NCBI GenBank assembly: GCA_001179505.1
Contig: CDMY01000666.1
Span: 1 to 64,000 of the forward strand
Direction of reading: 5' to 3'
DNA: 64,000 nucleotides
From: Vitrella brassicaformis CCMP3155
Lineage: Eukaryota; Protista; Chromerida
Every line of letters begins with the position of its first letter. Position 1 is the stretch's first letter. The position numbers and the translations under genes were made by a program. Shown here piece by piece: positions 55,097 to 64,000 of this stretch. The notes under the pieces are model-generated. The model had not been told where the DNA came from, searched no databases, and was given only the letters and a program-made list of their open reading frames with translations.

Positions 55097-57262
55097 AACT
55101 CATTGTTGTCGATCGCTGGTCAGGTGTCTGCTGATGACGGCGCCGCGAAGCGTAGACGCGTAGACATTAGTGCTGCTGCTGGTGGACATAGTGGAGGTAC
55201 GCAAAGCATCGGCTGCTATTGGTACCTGCAGGTGATTCGATTGGTGCGGCAGCGACACAGCAGCAGCAAGAGGGCGTCAGCTCACTCTCGGCAGACCTCA
55301 CGGCCCCCATGCAGCACAGCAGCCACCAGCAGCAGCAGCAGCAGCACCCGGTGTGGTATGTCTGCGTCCCCCCAGCAGCCTCCCCGGCCAGCCGGCGCAG
55401 CTTCTTTCTTCTCCAGATCGACGACATCGTGCGTCTGCGGGCCACGTGCAAATGGGTGAGGGACTTCTTCGGAGTGACTGAGCTGCGGCAGAGACTCAGG
55501 CATTCGCTCAGCGCACAGGCGGGGCTGCGGCGGGTGGTCAATGGGTAGCAGGTGCCGCTGGTGCGCTTCGACGACGACCACTTCGGCGTGTGTGATCTGC
55601 TGGCGGCTGTGTGTGTGATGGAGGAGGGAGAATGGGTGGAGATCGGCGAGGTGATTGAGCTGGCGGGGCAGTGCCGCTACTGCACGCTGCCCGTCATCCT
55701 CACGGCAGATGACATCAACACACACGCCAACAAGACGGTAAGGCACACACACAGAGGGGCGGGTGAGAACTGAGAGGCCTCATTTGTTCTTCTCTCTCTC
55801 TGTGTGTGTGGCGTCGTGTAGGCGTATGCATCGTTCCCCCGTGTGTTGGCGCAGCTCATGGTGGTCGGCCGCCACGTGGACTTCGGTGAAAACGGCAGCT
55901 GCCTGCGGATCGTTCGCCACGGCAATGGTGAGGTGCGGGCCATCAAGGACGAGCCCGGCTTCCGACTCGACTTCAATCCGCCCCTCCCCCCCGGCAATCT
56001 GTATCAGCAGCACCGACAGCAGCATGACCCACCAGTGGTCAGCCGCATCTACTACTCTGGCGGCACCAGTAGATGGGTGTCGGGCTCTTTCCCGATCCCC
56101 TATGCGTCGGTGTCGTCGTTCGCCAAGAAAATGATCTTCTTCCACTCCAACGCGACTCGCCAGACCAATGGCACATCGACATATCTCAACAGGTAATACA
56201 CCAATGGCCCAAGTGACGAGAGGGGTGTGCGTACGTGTATGTGTGTGTGTGTGTATCTGGTTGATTCAGGTATGTTGGTGGCGGCCGTCTGGATGGCCTC
56301 CTCACCCAATCGCCCCACACACCAGTCGCCGGATGCTCGACGACACTGAGCTGGAGCCTACTGGGCTCGAAGCAACGGGTGCTGGTGCTGACCGACAGCA
56401 GCCACCCCTTCGTCGCGTTGATTCACATTGGGGAAATTCTCATGGGATACAACGATGACGGTAAGGCAGACAGACAGGCAGTCCTGCCGGCCGGCCGCAT
56501 GTCATGTGTTGTTCTCTCTCGTCTGTCTGCAGTGGATGTGTTTGTCGTGACGACCGAGCCACCTGCGGCTGGTGTGAGTGAGGATGCGCCCTTCAAGGAC
56601 CGCTTCCCAGTCACCACTGGGCTGGCTCGTGTGGTGCCGCTGGGGCCAGGCGTTGCGCTCGCCTTCGACGAACAAGCACATCGATACGATCCATCAGCGG
56701 ATGAGGATGATGGTGGTACGGACAGACAGACAGAGGATACACACAGTGGAGAAGAATGGGCCTTCTTGTGTGTGTGGTGTAGACGGTGACGGTATCGATG
56801 AGAGTGACGATATGGATGAGAGTGACGACGTCGAGGAAGAGGGCGGCGGAGGTACTGAGGAAGCCAGACACACACAGCACACCAGACACCCTCTGATGTC
56901 GACCCGCACCGCATTCATGTGTGCCTGTGTGGATCTGTTCTGGTGCCCTGGCGAGATGCAGTCCGGTCCGGGTTCGACGATAGTGATGACGATGGTACGG
57001 ACAGAGAGAGGGAAGGGACACACACACACGTGGGTTGAGTGTATGGTGGACCTGCCATTTGTGTGTGGTGTAGAGGGCGATGCTGACGACATGGATGACG
57101 GCAGCGGAGGTACCAGCAAAGGAAGAGAGGCGCACACAACACTCACGCCCTCACATCACTCCCGCCTCATATCCGTGTGTGTGTGTGTCGATGGCAGGTG
57201 AGGGTGCGTCGGCTGAGGAGGAGCACGAAGACGGCGCTGAGGGCGCTGCATCGCCCGAGTGA
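54935..57262 (+). pseudogene. Cyclin-less member of the F-box-like expanded family (copy 2) with an in-frame TAG at 55546-55548
   Basis: MEVDVEAGS...FFLLQIDDIVRLRATCKWVRDFF...RRVVNG*QVPLVRFDD...QCRYCTLP...VLAQLMVVGR...VGGGRLDGLLTQSPHTPVAGC...EDAPFKDRFPVT...acidic tail. Homologous to the 3' parts of copies 1 and 3; additional upstream exons are possible. Confidence 0.6.
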
Positions 57263-57705
57263 CTGACACACAGACCCACCGATCTCAATACTCACTGGTG
57301 CGCCACAGACACACTTGAATCCTTCTGTGATGTGACCGGCTGGTGCCATGCCTCTGATGTAATGGGTGTGTGGATGAATGGGTGGGTGGGTGAGTCCCTC
57401 CCTCTCCCCTCCGTGTGTAGCCCTCACATCTGCCCTCACATCTGCCTGCGTGTGTCTGTGGGTGGGCCGATGTGTGTGGATGGATAGATGGATGGATGGA
57501 TGAATGAACTTGCAGACGTGCGTGTGTGTCTGTGCCTGGTCTTTGACTTTTTGACTGAGTGTGCGCACTCATTTCTGTGGGTCAATACAATACGTGCATT
57601 CGCTTCCACCCCACCCGCTGGCACGCACACCACAGAAAAACGACCACGAACAAACAGCATGATCGGGCTGCGACGCTTTCTTTCTCCTCAACACAACACA
57701 CAGCC

Positions 57706-60700
57706 CTACGCATTCCTCTCCTCGCCTAACTGCCCACCCTCTCCGCCGGCCTTCTTCCCGCCCCCACTCAGGCTGGGGTGTCTGCGTGTGTGCCCTTGGC
57801 CGCCGCCACTATCGCTGTCGTCATGCTTGTCGCCGTCACCCTCGTCGTTGTCCTCCTCGGCTGATGCGGATTGGCATAAGGGCATCTGCGGTGGGCTGGG
57901 CTGTCTTCCCCTTCCCCTCGTGTGTACCTCCGCTGTCCTCTCCGTCGCTGTCGCCGTCCATATCATCCCACCAGCCGCCATGGCCGTCGGAATCTACACC
58001 AAACACAAAGACAGACAGACAAGTAAATGCCACCCATCCATCCATCCATCCATCCATGGCCACCATATAGAGGTGTCCCCTCCCTTCCCCTGTCCGCACC
58101 GCTATCATCGTCATTGTCATCATCTACTTGTCTGTCGATGACGTACGGCGCCACTCGCCCCAGCGCCACACGGGCCAGCAGAGTGGTCACGGGGAAGCAA
58201 TGCTTGAAGGCGCCACCAGCATCAGCCACAGGTGCCTCGGTCGTCGCGACACGAACGTCCACTGCAGACGGACGAGAGAGAACAACACGTGACACCAGCG
58301 GAGCTGCCTGTCTGTCGGCCTCACCGGTGCCGTCCGTCCATTCCAAAAGGCTAATCCATGCGATGAAGGGGTGGCTGCTGTCGGTGAGCACCAGGAACCG
58401 CACACGACAAATGCTACCGTGCCAGCCGGGGCCATCTTCACGGCTGAGTGTGGTAGTGCAGCCGGCCACCGGTGTATGGGGCGACTGGGTAAGGAGGCCA
58501 TCCAGACGGCCGCCACCGACGTACCTGAACCAATCACACACACATAAACACACAGACACCCAATCAAACACGCACCCCTCTCGCCACTTGGGCCATTGGT
58601 GTATTACCTGTTGAGCACATTCACTGTGCTATTGGTCTGGTGAGTCGAGCTGAAGTGTTGGAGGATTGTGCGCTTGGCGAACGACGACAATGACGCATCG
58701 GTGGACGGGAAGCCCGACACCCATTGGCTGATGTCGCTCCGGTAGTTGATGCCGCCCCGGTAGCAGATGCGGCTGACCACTGGTGGGTCATGCTGCTGTC
58801 GGTGCTGCTGATACAGATTGCCGGGGGGGAGGGGCGGATTGAAGTCGAGTCGGAAGCCGGGCTCGTCCTTGATGGCCCGCACCTCACCATTGCCGTGGCG
58901 AACGATCCGCAGGCAGCTGCCGTTTTCACCGAAGTCCACGTGGCGGCCGACCACCATGAGCTGCGCCAACACACGGGGGAACGATGCATACGCCTACACG
59001 ACGCCACACACACAGAGAGAGAGAAGAGTGAACGAGGCCTCTATGTCCTCTCCCTTCCGCCCTGTGTGTGCCCTACCGTCTTGTTGGCGTGTGTGTTGAT
59101 GTCAGCACTGGTGAGCATGAGGGGCAGCGTGCAGTAGCGGCACTGGCTGGCCCACTGCAGGGTCTCCCCCGTCTCTTTCCACTTCCGCCGCGCTCCTGGC
59201 TCCTCGGCTATGCACGCCGCCGCCATGAGGTCGCTCACACACAGCGATGGGTCGAACCGCAGCAGCTGCAGCTGTGGGGTGTTGATGCCGTCGCCATCAC
59301 GGCTCAGTGAGTGGTCCAGTCGGCTGCGCAGCTGGTCTGACGAGAAGGCGTCTCTGATGTCTCGTGCGGCTGCCCTCAGCTGCAGTGTGGTGCTGATGTC
59401 GGGGATGCGGCAGCGGTCTTCGGCGAAGAGGTGGGCGAGGGGGTGCTCCTGGCTGCCCCCCTGCAGACCGCACACACACGTAACAATGCAGATCGTTACA
59501 CACACAAGGCACATCTGGTACATGGCGGTCGGTTGTGTCATACCCACCTGACAATGCTGCTGCTGCTCTTGTTGTGCGTGGCTGCGGGTCGATGCGACGC
59601 CGTGGCGGTCGGGCGAGGCGAACAACTCGTCTACTGCATCGGTCACTACCTGCATGCACACCACACAAACGACGCACAACGACATCAACACGGCGCTCTG
59701 TTGGCGATTCTACTGGTCTTCTGCCATGCTCACCCCTTTGGTGGTGTGTGTGTCGCCCCACATGAGCCGCTGCATCCTCAACGTCGTCATGCTCGACTGC
59801 AGCGCCGACTCCCTAACCGAACTCTCAGCCACAAGGGCCGCACTCTGACAATGAACAATCGGACAAACAAAGCCACACAGGCCATAGACACATCAGGACA
59901 TGTGTGGCTTTGGCTCACCCAAATGCGGCCCGCTATCTGCTTCTGGTTGGTCTTGCGTGTGATGTAGACGGCCGTGGCGGCCAGCAGACGGACATCGCAC
60001 CCGCCCAAATCGATGTCATACAGCGACAAGAACTGCACACACCAGAAAGGCACAGACAGAGAGGGATAAGTCATTCGATGGCTGGAGGTGTCTGTGTGTG
60101 GCTGGCGGACCCACTGACCATGAGGTATTTGGCGAATGAGAACAGGCGGCCGTGGGTGTCCATGCCGGCAGCGGTGAATAGCTTCTCTACACACCCAATG
60201 CCGCACACAGAACTATCAGCCACCGCACGACCCACCACCTGCACACACAGAGCCAGACAGACAGACAGACAGACAGACAGGCAGGCAGGCAGGTCGGCGC
60301 TGCACAGGTGTGTGTCTGTGTCTGTGTTTCAATGCCTGTGTGTGTGTGGGGTCATCCGGCATGTCGTCCATCAGCAGGTGTGGCTCCAGCCGCTCGACGC
60401 AGGCGGCCACACACGCATCTGCTACCTGTGTGTCAGCAGCCAGCCAAGTGACACACACATCCCATGAGTCCTCACTGTCTGTCATTCAGATCTCTTTGCC
60501 TGTGTGGCGTTGTTCGGGTCGATGAGTCTGTCTGCGTGGCAGACGTCCAGCAGCCGCACCGCCCGCATGACGGTCGCGTCGCGGCAGCCCATCGACGCTG
60601 CTCTCTTGACCATGCCGTCCACCAACACGGCTGCAACACATCACAGACATCACAGCACACCTTTGAGGGCATCTGTTGTCTGTTGTGTGTGGGAGTCGGG

Positions 60701-60930
60701 CGTACCTCTCTGCTGCGGCCATTTCATGCTACCGGCCTGTTTGTCAGACAAACCGAACACAGAACACCTCGTGATTGATCAGTCATCCGGCATTTCCGCT
60801 CTCTTATTGTCCTGCTCGACTCACCGTGAGAGCCGCCGTGAGGCCTTTCGAAAGGCCTCAGCGATGAGTTCCAACCATCAGTTTATGTCTGCTGAGGCTC
60901 CTGCTGCCCTCTGGAAGGCCGCACAAGCAC
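57706..60930 (-). CDS. Cyclin fold plus F-box-like family gene (copy 3); segmental duplicate of 12-3150, 5' end possibly disrupted
   Basis: Colinear with copy 1 in exons and introns (AVLVDGMVKRAASMGCRDATVMRAVRLLDVCHADRLIDPNNATQ; FAKYLM|FLSLYDIDLGGCDVRLLAATAVYITRK; VVTDAVDELFASPDRHGVAS; GGSQEHPLAHLF). Similarity stops at ~60930, and there is a TAA in the first-exon frame at ~60882. Confidence 0.55.
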
Positions 60931-61138
60931 CCAAACTGTTGAAAAAGCTCAAGGGGGATCGACCGGTTGCGAGCTGGAAGAGGAGAAAAGTAAGGGTTCT
61001 CCCGCTCCCGCGATGAGGATACCGTTCTTGTGAGCCGCCTGAGGCGTGTTGTATTCTCTTCCGGCGGACAGCCTCGCTCGCGCCGCCGGGCTGCGTTTCG
61101 ACTGGAGGAGATCTGCGTCTGTCGGTCAGTGAGCAGCC

Positions 61139-64000
61139 ATGGAAGAGGAAAAGGCAAGATACCTCGAGCAGAAGGTGGTGGGCAGAGCAGACAGACAGGC
61201 CAAACGATCGCAGCCGCTGGCATGCATGTGTATGTGTGTGTTGTTGCTGCACGGCTGATTCGGTTGCTCAGCTGACGGCCTTCCTGGAGGGGCTGACCGA
61301 GTCCCTCTTGAAGTAAACACACACACACACACCCCTGTGCACCGAGATTCAGAATGACCAACGCATCCGTCTGTCCGTCTGTGTGTCCGTCCTGTGTGTC
61401 CTGCCTGCCTGCAGGGAGTTGCCTGACAACCCCGTGCAGCACGCGCATTCCTACTGTGCCCACCTACTGGAGAATGAAAAGCAGGGTGGGCGACACAGCC
61501 ACAAATGCTCAGGCGGACAGACACACAAATCACATGCAGCTCACGCGCACTTTTTCTTTCCTCTTGATCCGTCGGTTGGCTTGCATGTGTGTGTGTGTGG
61601 ATGCAGCGGGGAGGTCCTCTGGGTCCAAGTCGCGTTCGATCATGGCTGTGCCGCCCGCGTACCTCAAAGCATTCTTCGACTCAGCAAAGGTACCCACACG
61701 TGAATCGACGGACTTATCCTTATCATGGCGTGTGGTGTCCATGCCCCCCACCATGGCTGTGTGCGGTGCAGGCGATCAACTCGCACATCAGGCCCCAGGA
61801 CACCATCAAGGCCATCATCAGAGAGACCTGCAGCCTACTCAGATGCGAACGGTAAGCAAACAGCAAACAGAAGGGAGAGCCGGACCAGGTTTGCCTAATG
61901 ATGATGTCTGTCGTTGCCTCACCACACACAGAGCCACCCTTTTCACCTTTGATGGCCGGCTGAACGCGCTTCTTGTCCTTCAGAGCGTCGGCAAACAGGT
62001 ACACACACACACACAGAGGGAGGCCTTTGTTTGCCCACGTGCCTTTTATGTGTTTGGTGCAGTCGAGTTTGATCCGTGTGGTGCCTGGCGAGGGCATTGC
62101 CGGCACAGTCTTCAAAGAGGGGGAACCGCTGCGCATACCGTAGGCACACATCGCACACAGTCGCAGCCAGTGTGTCTTGATGCATGTCGCATTATGTGTC
62201 CTGAGTGTGTGTAGGGATGCATACGAGGACCCGCGATTCGACCAGAGCCATGACAAAGAAACAGGTAGTTGCACGGCTGTGCCCCCGGAAGCTCACGTGT
62301 TCATTTTTCACATACGCATTGCATTACGTGGCCCCACTGTGTAGATTTCAAGACCAAGAGCATCCTGGCAGTGCCTGTGATGGAGTATTCTGCCACCGAG
62401 GGCGACGCCAAGACGATCGGCGTGCTGCAGGCCATCAACAAGCTGGGCGGCGAGGGGGAGGACCAGGCCTTCACATCGCTCGACGAACTACTACTCGAGA
62501 ACCTCGCACAATATGCCGGCATCGCTGGTGCACACACACACACACACACACACACGAGAGAGAGATTCCCTACCGACGTGCATCGTGCTGTGTTGTTTGT
62601 GTTGCGTCGTGGCTCCAAATCAAAGTGCGCAACGCCGAGGTCAGCTTGACACATCTCATTCGCTGACGTGTTGTCATATCATTTTGTGTGGCTGGGTGCA
62701 GATGTACCGTGTGGTTGAGCAGCGTGAGCTGCAGTCCAGAGCCCTTCTCGAAGTCATCAACTCGCTCAAACCTGACCTAGGTACACACACACCGAATGCA
62801 GTGGTGCTGGGGAGACGGACACATGGATCCATGTGTGTTGTCTTGTGTTGTGTGCAGGGACTCAGTCGGTCATCATCTCCATCACCACATGCGCGAAACG
62901 CCTCGTCAACGTCAGAGTGCACCACACAACAACACACATGGGCTGACCGTCGTATTGTGTTCTGCTGCGTGTGTGTGTGTTGTGTGCCATCCATCCATCC
63001 ATCCATCCATCCCTCCCATCGATTCACCAGGCGCAGCGCAGCAGTGTGTATCTGCTTGACCAGCCCAACGACGCCCTATGGACGGTCGCCACAGACACCG
63101 GACAGGTTCGCAACAGACACACCTGCATCCCATATACGTATCTGTGGGCCGGTCTTTCATCTCTCTCTCACACACATGTGCAGGAGATCCGCATCGGCAG
63201 AGAGCAGGGACTCGCAGGTAAGGAGAGAAAAATGCGCCAACCGACTGATTGTGCGCCATCTTGGTTTGTGCGCGTGTGATGTGTGTGTGTCCCATCCATC
63301 GACAGGTGCGTGTGCCAAGTGTGGTGAGATCGTCAATGTGCCCGACGCGTACGAGGACGAGCGGTTCGACCAATCCATCGACAAGAGCGGCGGTGAGACT
63401 GCTGCTGACAGATATGGATGGACGCACACTTGACCCATCGCCTTCCTTATCCATTCATCGGTCCATCGATCAGGCGACAGGTTCCGCACCAAGTCGGTGC
63501 TGTGCCTGCCCATCAAGGACGAGCGGTCAGCAAGAGATGGGACGGACGGGGGATTTGTGCGCTGGTCTCACGTGTGTGGTGTGTGTTGTGTGTGACAGGG
63601 GTGCGGTGTTGGGTGTGATCCAGATGATCAACCGTGAGGAGGAGGGCATCCTGGGCGCGTTCCACTGGCTCAGCGAAAACAACAAAACCATAGGTACACC
63701 ACACACAACACCAATCGAGACGTCAGCGTTGCAACTGTGCTACTGTGTGTGTGGTTGTGTAGGTGTGTTTGACGAGGAGGACGTCAACCTGATGGAGACC
63801 TTCTGCAGCTTCGTCGGCCAGCGGCTGCAGCATAGCGAACTCACCGCCCCCTGCGGACAGGGCACACCAAAGGTACACGCACGCACACGCACACACACAC
63901 ACACACACACCACCCCAGATGCGTGTGTGTGTATGTTTCAATGGATGGATGAATGGACGGATGGATGGATGGATGCAGTTGCGTGAGGCTGAGAAGGCGT
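61139..64000 (+). CDS. RIIa/Dpy-30-like docking motif plus tandem GAF domains (GAF-phosphodiesterase-like); 3' end outside the window
   Basis: MEEEKARYLEQK|LTAFLEGLTESLL|ELPDNP. GAF-A: CERATLF...GEGIAGTVFKEGEPLRIP|DAYEDPRFDQSHDKET|GFKTKSILAVP...IGVLQAINK...FTSLDE. GAF-B: AQRSSVYLLD...GEIVNVPDAYEDERFDQSIDKSG|GFRTKSVLCLP...LGVIQMINR...FDEED. Confidence 0.85.

Overview
Eukaryotic, GC-rich genomic DNA with many short introns full of (GT)n, (GACA)n and (GGAT)n microsatellites. This style resembles the chromerid alga Vitrella brassicaformis, but that is my inference and was not checked by a search. Most of the supplied six-frame ORFs are spurious or run across introns, so I rebuilt gene models by eye from GT/GC..AG sites and protein similarity; exon boundaries are approximate. 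Main content: (1) a ~15.6-kb, >40-intron gene (33246-48857, +) for a single-chain fungal-type type I fatty acid synthase, AT-ER-DH-MPT-ACP-KR-KS-PPT; (2) two copies of a gene that appears to splice a divergent cyclin fold onto an F-box-like/expanded-family domain (12-3286 and ~57706-60930, both -), plus a cyclin-less relative with an in-frame TAG (54935-57262, +) that shares a 263-bp identical inverted tract with one copy; (3) two inverted clusters (6.6-11.2 kb + and 23.4-25.7 kb -) of a repeated, unrecognised two-exon ~70-aa module, one of which has captured two exons of an unrelated gene through a 10-bp microhomology; (4) NSUN2/Trm4, a frameshifted importin-alpha-like ARM gene, a coiled-coil/EF-hand gene, a degenerate GT32-like gene, an atypical SDR, a secreted PAN/apple-like protein, and a docking-domain plus tandem-GAF gene cut by the window edge. 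No rRNA, tRNA, CRISPR array or autonomous transposon was recognised.
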